A DNA stretch of 64,000 nt from Diadema antillarum (lineage: Eukaryota). The stretch is taken from positions 992,001 through 1,056,000 of the forward strand of contig NW_027271426.1 in NCBI RefSeq assembly GCF_040938485.1, given 5' to 3'. Positions 35,284 to 48,045 of this stretch are shown here, in pieces. The translations under genes were made by a program, and so were the position numbers. The notes below the pieces were generated by a model. The model did no database searches. It had not been told where the DNA came from and saw nothing but the letters and a program-made list of their open reading frames with translations. Each line of letters starts with the position of its first letter. Position 1 is the stretch's first letter.

Positions 35284-37507
35284 ATGGCATCGTCATCTGT
35301 CGTCCGAGGCCCTGCTGGAAACAATGAGTGCAGAATTTACGTCGGCAATCTTCCGCCCGACATCCGAGAGAAGGATATTGGAGACATGTTCTACAAGTTT
35401 GGTCACATCGCGGACATCGACCTGAAGAACAAGAGGCAAGGAACTTCGGGTGGATTCGGAGCACCGTTTGCTTTCGTCGAATTCTCTGATAAGAGGTGAG
35501 CCAATGCCAACAGCTTAAGTTTTACCCTCTCTTTTTATATCATAGCAGCAAAGTGAAATGTTTGCAAGTTTTTGTGAAAGCAAGTTCATCACTGTTGGTG
35601 GTGCAAGACACGTTTACCTGTTTCAAATTTGTGTCACTCAGCAATTGAAACATGACAGTGTGGAAACATGATAGTGTTTAAAAGTACGGTTGGAAGTGGC
35701 AGAGTATCATGGCTTGTCCTCTTTTGTACTAAGACTTGCTAGATAGTAATTACTCTCACTCTATGGGGTCAGTAAGGTAGCATTTTGTTGTTCTGATATC
35801 ATCTAGATCTCTGTTCTGTGAAGAAACATTGCCAACTAAGCAACATTCTGCTGTATGTTTACTAATAGTGTAATTTCATTTTCACATTTTCACATAAATT
35901 TGTTGAATCCTTCCCTATGAACAGAGATGCTGATGACGCAGTGCTGGCCAGAGACGGCTACAACTATGACGGCTACCGGATACGGGTTGAATTCCCCCGG
36001 GGGACCAAGGGATTCAAAGGCACCCGTCCCAGGGGACCGCCACCCAGGAGATCCCACTACCGCTGCATCGTGTCAGGTTTGTTGGCCATGGTTTGCTGAA
36101 TTGCTCATTTGTGTAGCACCAGATGTTGCCTATCACCTGGGACCAGAAGGAGGAAATGAGATTCTAAGCGATGAGTTCTGTAAACTTCCCTGAAAGAATT
36201 TTGTCGTAAAGCTGTGCTAGGTGGTGACCGAAGATTCTGTTTGTGCTGTAGTTCTTTGACTGCACTGATTCATTTATGTTCAGATGATTCTATAATATGA
36301 GCATGCAAGAATATGATATAATACCTCAATATCTTAGAAGAAGTCATGAGAAGCGCCATCTAGCTGGCCAAAAAGCACATTGGTAATGGCTGAAAGTGAT
36401 GGGCAAACCAGGCAGAGTCTTTGAAAACCAGTGAAAATGAATGCTTTCAATAGTCTGCTGGGCTGGGGGTATAAGATGTTTCACAGAACCCTCTCTACTC
36501 AACAGGTCTACCCTCGACTGGGAGTTGGCAGGACTTGAAGGATCACATGCGAGAGGCCGGCGACGTGTGCTACGCCGACGTTTACAGAGACGGAACTGGT
36601 GTGGTTGAATTCCTGCGTGCTGAAGACATGAAATACGCCTCCAAACAGCTTGACGACACCAAGTTCAGGTCACATGAGGTACTATTGTGTCCTTTTAAGA
36701 TTTTCTGTACTTAGGGGTCGGAGCTAATCAAATGAAAACTAACAAAAGAAGTAAAGGGAGATGCAGTTTTGTTGGGGAAATGACACCAAACTGCTGTTAT
36801 GTGAGTTCGAAATTGTTGTTTATTGCTGTTGTGTAGTTAAAGAGAATGCAAGGAAGAATGTTGTTATCTTTACTCATGTTCACAAAGAATATTAAAAGAT
36901 TGTGACTGCATGGTTAAGCTTTAGATCAGTGACAAGACACACAACTATTAACAAGCAGCTCTTGAGTGATACATCTGAAATTTCCTTTTTTTTCATCCCT
37001 GTTTGTGTGTTTTGTTTTTTTTAATCCAGAATGGATGGAAGTTTAAGAAGGTATGCAATGAAAAGCAGTATTTTACAGTTTCTTCCTGACCATACATTTA
37101 GATTAACAAAACTATTTTGGCTGTAAGTTTTAAACAGCATATTACAGAAATGGATATTGCTGGAAAAGAATCTTTTGTGTTCCAGGATGGTTTTGCTGAT
37201 GTTCAATTTTCACTGAAGATTGAAATTAATGACCTTCTGGTACTTATCGACATCCTATGACTTTCAGGGAGAGACCTCTTACATCCACGTGAAGATCGAC
37301 CCCAGCAGCACTGGATATCGTTCCAGGAGTCGCTCAATGAGCCCACGTCGCGGCGGGGGCTACCGTTCCAGGAGTCGATCCCGCAGCCCCCGCTGGGGAG
37401 GCGGCGGCGGGGGCCGTCACCGCCGCTCGCGGTCCAGGTCCTTCTCACGCTCCCGCTCTCGGAGCTCTCGATCAAGGTCCAGATCGAGGTCGAGGTCGCG
37501 ATCGTAG
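35284..37507 (+). CDS. SRSF1: SR splicing factor SRSF1/SRSF9-like, copy B, 258 aa
   Basis: Exons 35284-35495, 35925-36076, 36506-36678, 37268-37507, GT-AG and phase-consistent (777 nt). Same RRM1, SWQDLKD pseudo-RRM and RS motifs as copy A. Confidence 0.95.
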
Positions 37508-39887
37508 GCTCACCTGTGACAGGTTGCGTCCAGCAGAGTTGACACTTCCACTTCTTGTAGCGGCATTGCAGATGGTGTTTGAGGATGCTGGAAGATGTTG
37601 TGTATGTAATTCTCTATGTAAATAGTCCTTTTTTTCCTCTCTCACACTTTCTGTAGTCTTTCTGTAGGCTGGTCTTATCTCTGTTCCCCCTTTCAATATT
37701 TGCTTTGCACCAAGCACCAGACTCCAGGCCGTACATACATATACTGTCTATGGTAGCATTTACCCAAACCACTGATTATACTTTGGCGGTATGGGAGTCT
37801 GGCTATTTTGTACATTACAATAATTGCAGCTGCCCATGGCTCAACAGTGGCACTGCTTTGCAGTTGATTGGTTGTTGCACTGGTGCTGTCTTGGGAGCTG
37901 CAGTTGTTGGAGGAAGTTCCTGTCTTACAAAGTGCTTTTTGAAAGTGAGGGGTTTGGGAGAAATTTTGCATTTGATATTCTGATGTTTAACAGAGTGATA
38001 CTCAGAAAACATCCCAATAAATTGGCCAAGGTTCAATAGTATGTCATATTTTGAGTTTGTATTTCAGTTCATATAATCATTAAGCAGTGTAGTTTCAGAA
38101 TGAGTAGCTGCAATTCATTTGTGACTTAATTTTTTGAAGTTAAGGACAGATGGCAGAATTTGTTCTAGAAATCATCATATCATACGTAGCATATTTTGTC
38201 AGTATTGTGTTCAGAGTTTTGTTTTCTCTACTATCATTGTTATGTTTTTATTTTATTTTTTTTTTGTGCTTCTTTCATAAGTTTTCATTTTGAGGAAGGT
38301 ACATAGTATTTCATTCACATTCACATTAGCAGAACGAATGTGTCATAAGTGCCCACACCGGTGATTTCTTTGGGGAAAGTGCAGGTGTAACCTGTCTGTT
38401 GGGTTTGCTCACATGGGGCTGGTGAATGGTTGATCAAGTTTGTACAAATATTCATGTTTATTCATCCTTTGGTCATAATATTTAATTTTCCTAGGAATGC
38501 ATCACACTTTGCACATCACCCTCATTTCATAAAATCTTCATTAAGCAACTGGAAAAATTCCATTAATGAGTCTGTGCGACAAAATATGACACATTATGTT
38601 GTAGTAGTATTTAGTATTTCATGCTTCAATGTGTACAAATTGAACTGGAAAGCGTGCTTTGGTCCGTCTAGTGCAAACTGGATTCATGTGTAATGAAGCA
38701 GCGCATCACCCAGTACACTCTGTCAGTTCATGTTCCCAAAAAGAAGAAGAAAAAAAAAATGATTAAAGGTTGCATGAAAGGATAATTGTATGAGCACATG
38801 TAAATATAGAACACATTCAATGATTTCATTTTTCCTGTGTAAATATTGGTGTTGATGTGGAAAACATATGTCAAAAAGTTGATTTTTTAAAAAATCCTTT
38901 TCTAGATGAAGGGTGGGTGATATGTATTGGGAACACTTCAAATAATTAGGTGTGATACAGATTTGAGTTGAACATACTTTGCAGTTTGGAGCTGTAGTAG
39001 CTTTAAACATTACGCCTACAAGTAGCTTTGAACAGTGTGGAAAGCACAATGCAGTTTCCATGATAAATGGGGACTTTTTCTCTATGAATCTACACTGTAA
39101 ATATGACTTTGTCATTTGAGGATGTCGTGTGTAATTGTAATTAGAAAGTGTACTTGCATGCTAAATTCTAATAGCTTACTTGTATGAAAAGAAGCTGTTT
39201 ATTCTTCGATTACATTTTTGTTAGTGAGTGTGCACATTGGCTCTTACACAGAAAGTGATAGATTGCCACCATTCATTCAATCTTGATAAAGTTTTTGAAA
39301 GTTAGTAAAATGCCTCAAATAAGTTTTTGACTGTCACAACACTGCAGGCTGATAATCAGCAAATTTGAAATGTGCAGTCACATCGTATACGGATACTCTT
39401 TCAGATTACATTTTGCATTTGTGCCATGTTGGTGGAAGAACACTGATTCACTGTATGCAGAAAGTAACAAACTCTATGATCGTTCTATGGAGAGGCTTTA
39501 ACATGCAGGATGTGAATGCCTTAATGTACCCAAAACACATCCAGTCCACCACTTATCAAATCAATCTGTAACACATCGCATGCTTACGTTGTCATACCCG
39601 CTATGCGATTCTGTTCCATGTGCGAGATTTGAGCAGACCCATTCACCATCAAATTTGTGGTATAGCAATCATCAACTGTGGTCAGAAATACATCCCAGGA
39701 AACAGATCCACATCATTTGATGCCTTGGCCTTTTTTCTTGCTAGGCTGGTGTAGCTTGTCCTGCCATTAACAAGTCTTACAAGATTTTGCACACTTTATG
39801 TGTTTCTTTGTTCATGTTACACCTCAGTTGATGAGATACTGTGTCAGGAGTTTCTAATCGATTTTCATGACTCTTTATATGTCTCAG

Positions 39888-40910
39888 ATTGGCTCCTTCG
39901 GAGACAAAGAGGAGGGAGGATCATAAGATGAGGATGTAGAGAGGTGGAGGATATTCTGGATCAGGAAAGCATTGTCAGGATCCAGGAATATGGGATGCAA
40001 AAGATGCAAAAAGAAAGGGATCCAGGAATGTATTCAGGATTTGGACTCGGTATTCGGGAACCAAATCAGGAGCCAGGGATCACAGATCTGGCATCCGTGG
40101 ATCAAAACAGGATCACAAGCGGATCACACGGATCATGCATTTTCCGGATGCTGGATCAATCAGTACACGGATCAAAAAAAAAAAAAAAAAAAGAGAAAAG
40201 AAAAAGGAGGATATGCAAATCAGTCAAATCAGAGAGCTTTCACAGATAACTGGGATCACAGGATCACATAGAAAAAAAAATTGGTAGGGTAACCAAAAGC
40301 ATAATCCAGATTCAGAATCAGTGGGATTTCATGGAGACAGATTTGGGCAAGGGGTTCAGCATGCTTTTCGCTCGGATCCCATGAACATCCATGATTAGAA
40401 AAATTACCCATTCAGATTTGGACTTTTTGTAAGGTTTCAGCAATTGATTTGGATGGATGGTAGGTGGGGATTCGGTGACAGCGTGTGGCATTTTGTATGC
40501 AATGGATTGCTGCAGTATAGTCAGACCAGAATTGGTGGATCACTCAAAGTCTCCGAATCAAAATCCTTCGTCAGGATCCGTGAGGGCAAATTTGGATTTC
40601 AAAAGGATAACATGGAATGGGATCATTTTGACGGTATGATTTTTGTCTCACTTCTCGTTGCATCATCAGCTGCTTAAGGAACCATTAAATCTCGAGCAGT
40701 GACCAAAGCCAAGAGATTTGTCTGTTCCTGTAAGCAGTTGGTGATATGTACTGTATGTGTATGTATACCTACACTGTCACAATGTTTTTCCCCCTTTTTT
40801 TTATTGCTATTGTGTCTTTGTGAATGTTGATCGTTATTTTGCTTCCACATTGTTTAATGTTTGACATTTTTAAGATAATTGAAATAAACAAGATTTGGAA
40901 CTACATGTAG
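39888..40910 (+). other. Candidate non-coding 3' exon of SR copy B (paralog about 3761-2750 minus), GGATC-rich, ending near AATAAA
   Basis: Branch-like CTAAT (39854-39858), pyrimidine-rich tract, ctcag| acceptor, stops in all three frames within ~55 nt, and AATAAA at 40882-40887; all retained in copy A. Confidence 0.55.
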
Positions 40911-43764
40911 CAGTCTGTGAAACCTCATTCTTTTATTTTCTAGCGTTCTTCCTCTCTCATATCTACCAGTTATTCACCACCTTAAAACACCAGTGTTCAG
41001 CTGAAAAAATATTGCTGCATCGAGTGATGCCACTAGCGACCTTCTTGGAATAGCCCTCTGAAGGGATGCATAAAAACGACCTGAATTAAACCTTGATCAA
41101 TGTGTTTGTACGTATTCGCAACCCTGACGTGTTGTAATAACATCTTTTTGATTTGTTTTGAAGGAGTTGGATCAGCTCAGGAATTTAGATCAGATGAGGA
41201 AGTTCTGTTTTGAAGGATGCGGTCAGGCAGTATCAGTGTGCATCAGTCTGGAACAAATTGGAGGATCAAAAAAAAAAGCTTCCACCCAAATTTTCATCTG
41301 GATTTACAAGGATAGCACCTGCGGAGGCAGATGAAATGGTAAATGCAAGTGGAACAAACTTAAGAAAGATAGATATGATATCAATGGGGGGGGGGGCTTT
41401 AACTATGCAATACAAATGCTTCTTGACTTATGTTGATTCATAATACAGTGTACACGTACATGTATGTACCCTCTAAATCACTTACGTGGCCAAATTATCC
41501 GAGTATACATTACACTTGCCATTTATTTTATTTTGTTGTTGTTTGTTCAGGTTATGTGGATATGCCCACAAAAAGAAAAACTTCCAAACCAAGATTCTGT
41601 CAAATACACGTATCAAGATATGCTTCTGTCAAATGCAAGGGGGTCCCACCCCCCTCCCCACTTTTTTTTATATGGAGTTGGACTTTCCTTTATCTGATCT
41701 TTGCTTGTCAGGAGCCGATGTTGTTAGAGGAGTGTCACCAAAAACTGAAGCTTGGTAGGCGATGTCGATAGGGAAATGGCTTGCGAAAGACCTTTTTTTT
41801 TTCTTTTTTTCTTTTTTTTTTTGCGAATTAATTCTTGAAGTGACACTAGAAAAAATGTTAAGCCCTTTTTTTGCTTGTCAGCCAATTTTGAGACACAATT
41901 AACTGTCATCCAAAATGTTTCCCCCCCCCACCACATCTTCAAAATGGATCGACGTCCCTGTTCCCATAAACTGCCCCCCCCCCCCCACCTTTAAAAATGT
42001 AGCGCCGGCTCTGATATCAATACGATGAACAAAAAAACAACAACATTGGAATGCACCTTTCCTTATACTGAGTATTACAGACATGTTTCCATGTTGCTGA
42101 TACACTGATATGATAAACAAAAGACATTGCAGGAAAACATGCAAGTGATACAAAAATTATTATGAAATATGTGGCACATATTCAGGTATTTTGGCCACAT
42201 AAGCGATGAGGTTATTACGAATCGGTACACGTCAAAATCCATTTGCATTGCATAGTCCCATTAAAGTTTTACTCCCATGTATTCTATGGCTATTTGTGAT
42301 CACAGCGTTCCCAACGTGGCATCAAATAGAACCGTGCTCAACCTTTATTAGCCCGAGGCTCAACTTGGCCCGTACAAAGTTTTTTGAGACCCGATTTCAT
42401 GTTTAGATCAGATACAAATCTTTTTTTCTTTTCTTTTTTCCATTTTTTGGGAGACATCGTGGCCCACCTGTTAGAGCTTCACGACCCACTGGTTGAGAGG
42501 CACTGAAGTACAGTGTAGAAGATCTCTTTTTTTTTCTTGGGGGAAAAATTCAATGGGATACCTCAGAGTGGTTTTGAGTTCCTGTCGTCATATTTGCTTT
42601 TTCATATGCAATGATACAGTAAATGCAGAGCAATTCCGGGAAGTAAAATTCAGTTCGGGAATGTCAAATTAGCAAAGCGTTCTCTGCAGCCTTGTTCACT
42701 TCAAAAGAAGAAGTAAAAAAGATCTGCACCTAGAGCTTTTGATGCTACATAACGCACACTTGCCCTTCGTATGGGCACACACCAAAAAGATAATTCCAAA
42801 GTTGAAAAAGCATTTTCGGTATTGATGGAGTCTTCAAGGGAAAAAAGGAAGTATGGAAGGATGATGCAATCAGTACTATCCTCGCCCTGTTTTTTTTTTT
42901 CTTTTTCTTTTGTGTATGTGAGTGTACAATGTATGTGTGTGTGTTTGTGTGTGTGTAACTTGTCCTTTATTTGCCCACAAAGGAGTGAGAGAAAGAGTCA
43001 GAGATAGAGGGAGAGAGAGAAGCATCTTTCGGGTCATTGGTGGACTTCGGGTCAGTGTTTCAATAAAACAGGAAAACCCCCAAAGAATGTAAAGTGGACT
43101 TGTTCTTCATCTTGTGGGTACTGCATCATTCAGTGTGACACTACTGGAGTCTGTTAGGGCGCATGAATAAGTGAACTGACTGAGCAGGTTCATGTGCATG
43201 TCTTGTGTGCAAGCACAGTATACCAAGTGAACTGTCTTGAAAGTTGACACTAAGGTCAATTGTAGGCCTACTCGTATTACAAAATGTGCAACTGTACAAT
43301 TTCTGTACAATGTGCAGTACATGTACACTGTAATCGGAACACATGCTTACATTTGTTAACACTAATATAGGGCCAGTATACATGTACAGTGTATTTGACA
43401 GTATACCAGTGGTATACTGGTCATTATACAGTGCACATTGTATATTTACAGTTTTAAAGAGATAGGGAAAACATGACATTTTCTGCAACAAACTTAAATT
43501 CTACAGAAATGTTTTCACAAAACACACTTTTAGGCATCAGCAATGACAACACATTACACAGACTGTACATGTACATGAAAGTGCATTTGCTGATCATGCG
43601 AGGTGATGTGTGCCACGAGTCTCCCTATTGTAGATTGGTAGATGGTGCACATTATATTTATGGAGAGAGTAAGATTTTTGGTAACAGCTGTTGCATTTAA
43701 GCACACAGATGAACCTTGTAACATATCTGCCTTCAAACAAACCTGAAAAGCTTCTATGTGCACT

Positions 43765-43807
<43 letters not shown>

Positions 43808-44599
43808 GTGTGTTTGTATGTGTATGAAAAACTAATGCAGTCAAAAGACATGAATGCAAATGAAGAGTTTGTTCGCAAAAACCGATACGTTCATTTTTGA
43901 AGATTTTGAAGTACAGTCTCTGTCATAAAGTACAAAATAATACCTTTTGAATTATATATTGGTCACTACGTATAAAGCTATATTTTTGAAGTTATGGTCA
44001 AAAGAAGCAAAAATTTTCTTATTATTCTCCTTATTTTTCTCGACCTTTAATCGCAAATATCTCCATTTGGCAAATATGGACTTCTCGGTTTTTGCAAACA
44101 AACTTTTCAAATGATTCAGGTTGCAACTCTGTTTCAACCAGTGATGTCCCCCAAAAAATTACAATGGGATTTTGCATTGATAAGTTTCTAAATACAAATT
44201 TGTAATTGAGCAATCTTAATGCTATTTCTTGGTATGAAAATGTAATTTCTTACCTACATTTTGTAGAGAACCCCATTCAATTTGTTAAGTGGTCACAGAG
44301 AAATGTAGATCGTTGTAAAGCATGTCATGGGTCTGTCTCTTCCAAGTTTAGCACTTGGATGCATGCTCTTGGCATTCACAACACGATGGACTAAACTTGG
44401 AGGAAGGGGATTCCTGTATGACATGCTCGACAAGGACCCCGTTTCTCTTTGACCACTGAAGCAAATTGGATGGGGTTTTCTGTAAAATGTCGGTTTTAAG
44501 TTATACATAGTTTCACACCTTGAAATTGCATTTCAATCGATTCACTTTTTTTAAGGGTATCCCTGCAGAAAGTCCCGTTGTATTTTTTTTTTTTTTTTT

Positions 44600-45557
44600 T
44601 GTCCCCGCCGAACGAGTTCGAGCAGGGGACTATGAAACGGGCTCCGTACGTGTGTGTGTCTGTGCGTCCGTGCGTCCGTCCGTCCGTGCGTCCGTCCGTG
44701 TGTGCGTCCGTGTGTGATCATAATGTTCAATTTGCTACTTCTCTGTCATTTATGAGCCAATTTTGATTCTGTTTGCTTTATATGATAGCACTACATGGGA
44801 GCTTTAAAACTTCTACACAGAATTTCAGTTGTGACCTTTAACCTTGACCTTTGACCTATATTGTACATTTGCTACAAAATGCTACTCCTTCGCCATTTCT
44901 AAACCGATTTCGATTCCGTTTGCTTTATGTGATGGCACTAGGTGAGGGCTTCAAAACTTCTACACAGAATTTTGACCTTTGACTTCTTTGACCTTTGACC
45001 TTGATTTTTGACCTATATTGTACATTTTGCTACAAAATGCTACTCCTTCGCCATTTCTAACCCGATTTCGATTCCGTTTGCTTTATATGATGGCACTAGT
45101 TGAGGGCTTCAAAACTTCTACACAGAATTTTGACCTTTGACTTCTTTGACCTTTGACCTTGATTTTTGACCTATATTGTGCATTTTGCTACAAAATGCTA
45201 CTCCTTCGCCATTTCTAACCCGATTTCGATTCCGTTTGCTTTATGTGATAGCACTAGGTGAGGGCTTCAAAACTTCTACACAGAATTTTGACCTTTGTCT
45301 TCTTTGACCTTTGACCTTGATTTTTTACCTATATTGTACATTGGCTACAAAATGCTACTCCTTTGCCATTTCTAACCCAATTTTGATTCCATTTGCTTTA
45401 TGTGATGGCACTAGGTGAGGGCTTCAAAACTTCTACACAGAATTTTGACCTTTGACTTCTTTGACCTTTGACCTTGATTTTTTACCTATATTGCACATTT
45501 TGTTACAAAATGCTACTTCCGGCGGGGACATATATTACGCACCGCGTAATTTCTACT
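44600..45557 (+). mobile_element. Helentron-associated (DINE-1/pearl-like) element carrying a 158-bp tandem array
   Basis: SubTIR tgtccccgcc / ggcggggaca, (GTCC/GTGC)n microsatellite, 157-158 bp monomers (anchors 44853, 45010, 45168, 45326, 45483), 3' hairpin attacgc-acc-gcgtaat, T-run insertion site. Confidence 0.8.
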
Positions 45558-46534
45558 TTTCCTTGTTTGTTTTTTTTTTTTTTGGGGGGGGGGGGGGACA
45601 TACGGTACAGTAAACTACAGTGCTGTTTTCTATGAAAGAGTTGCAAGGCAATTTTAGAGAAAATTACATAACACCTGTGTAATGGGAAGCTCGGCTAATT
45701 TCCATGATTCACAAGCACTGCTGTACTTTCTATTCTAATTGCATTCCCAGTTGCACTGTGTGCCTAGAGGTCAGGAAGAGGAACCAAAGGGGTCATCCCA
45801 CGAGAACGACACCCACGAGTATGACATTGACAAAAGATCCATCATACAGCTCACGAGTCCTACATTTTTAGCCCATGAGTTCGACATAACAGGGGGTTAA
45901 TGTGTCGATCTCGTCGGCCTTGTTTGCTTAGTCTTGAACTCTTGGGCTGTATGACTCGTCGGCTGTATAATTCATAGGCTGTGTGACATATGGGCTTTAT
46001 GAATCGTGATGTCGTTCTCGTGACATGCACCCGAACCAAGGTGCCCATGAGAACAAAACGCTGTAATTCCATTGCGATATTCCACGGGCTCATTCCATGG
46101 GCCTATGGACTATCGCAATGGAATGTGGGTGTGACAGGATCGACGCACTACATAATACATTTACACTGTACACTGTATTATGTAAACCATGGGGGAGGGG
46201 TGGACCCAACGAGAGCACATTTAATTACGTATGTGTGTGTGTGTGCTTGCTACCAAGGTGTATATCATGTTACCATTTAAACAGAAATAACCAGCACTAG
46301 CGAACTGACACAGACAAGAATTTGATGCAAACATTCGTAATTTTTACACTTGGGTCGTTTATTTAAAGACATCGATCACAATTGTACACATTCTGTCTAA
46401 TTCAAGAATAACTTGCACTGAACACTTTCAACATATCTTGTCAATATATAATACATAGCTGTACTGTATAGAAGCTTTGCAATGAATGAATTAGGTCTAT
46501 ACATGATATATATTTATATATGTACTGTATATCT

Positions 46535-46537
<3 letters not shown>

Positions 46538-46571
<34 letters not shown>
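46538..46571. repeat. (AT)n microsatellite
   Basis: Direct run. Confidence 0.95.
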
Positions 46572-46574
<3 letters not shown>

Positions 46575-47138
46575 TGTTCCATGAAGGCATCAAGTATTAT
46601 TTTGTCAGCACCATAATTATTAAATCATAATAATATTAATGCCCATAAAGACAAAATAGCACTCTGTAGTGTAGTCAGTTGACGGTAGCTGACAAATTGA
46701 ATGTACTGTATTATGTGTGTGGATTTTTTAAATTACATTATCGTAATTTTTCTTTATAGTTTGGTATGGTCTTATGCTATCAAGCACAATACCCACGCCA
46801 GTGCTTATAACTGCACACCGATATTATTATAGCAGCAACAATAATTGAAAAGGCTTTTTTTTGTGCTGTCTACACAAAACATTTTCAACACTTCAATTCG
46901 GATTTCATAATACAGTATATTGTACCAAACGGGTACTATTCTAGCAGGCAAGTATAGTTTGGTCACATCAGATTTTCCATGGATGAAGGAAATCGACAAG
47001 CTTCTGACTTTACAATAAATAATATTATTCTGGTACATCTCTTACATTGCCTGCAATATTCAGATACTGTTGCCTGAAAACAGGTGGATTTTGTGAGAAT
47101 GAAACCGGCGGTTTGCTTGAGAAGAAAAGTGCGCTTAA

Positions 47139-47841
47139 CCCTAAATCCCATCGGGTTTTTTGAGGGACTTGACACCCCCCTCCTTCAGATCTCGGTCGTG
47201 GATCGCGCGATCCTCGCGAAAATTTGCACTAAGGTAGAGGCCAATGTTATCTACAAGACTGGATAGTTAGATTTTTCAAATTTTGTGTTTTATATTAATT
47301 AATTTATGCTAATTTATGCAAAAATTCCTATAAATAAAAAGATAAAGCTCCAAGACTTCTCATTTTTGGTGAACATATTCTTTTCAATATCCTCAACAAT
47401 ATTGAAGCAAAAATTCGGTTCATAATTACTTCTTATGTATTTTATTGTTTATTGAATTTCTGTGTTTTTTACTTTTAGTTTTTGTTGCTTTTTTTCGTCA
47501 AAATTTGTCGCAGAAACTTTTTAAAGCATAATCAGGCTAGAATAAATCATTATCAGCCATTGAAAGTAAAAATATTTATTTTTATATGAATTAATTGCAA
47601 AAACACAATTTACATTGGATTTGTACACAAAATCATGTTTTTGAGCAATTTTTTGGGTCGACGAATTTTTTTCAAAGGGGCGTGGCTTCAAAACGGTATG
47701 CCCGGGAGCGACAAATTTGGTCTCAAAAGTTGCGCGATATATACTTGAAAGAAAAAAAGTCGTAAAATGTCGCGGCGAGAGCATCACGCGTTGCGGAATA
47801 ATCACGCGAAACGTCGGGGGGGGGGGGGGGGGGGTATAGGG
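47139..47841 (+). mobile_element. piggyBac-like MITE
   Basis: TTAA on both flanks with CCCTA / TAGGG termini. Confidence 0.7.
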
Positions 47842-48045
47842 TTAAAAGCGCCAAAGCAGTAGGCCTACATGTCTTAGCTATCCGTTTTAGTTAGGATATT
47901 AGTCATTAGATTTTGAATTATTCTGCTCATACACGGCTACACCATAAACTCGGATATGTATAGGCCTACAGGCGACTCCCGTTATAACGGAGCCGTCGGG
48001 TCCGTCAGAACGTTTTCTTTCGTTATATCGTAATTTAGTTAAATT

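Noticed and set aside
36077-36200. Poison cassette exon in the intron after coding exon 2
   Set aside because: The only AG candidate would leave a 40-nt intron and the downstream donor is not shared by both copies; the conservation is reported under patchy divergence instead.
43860-44560. Probable additional DNA-transposon fragment (gttcgcaaaaaccga with internal inverted copy)
   Set aside because: Second terminus and TSD not identifiable.
44735-45520. CRISPR-like or coding tandem array
   Set aside because: Contiguous 158-bp monomers without unique spacers in a eukaryotic transposon; not CRISPR.
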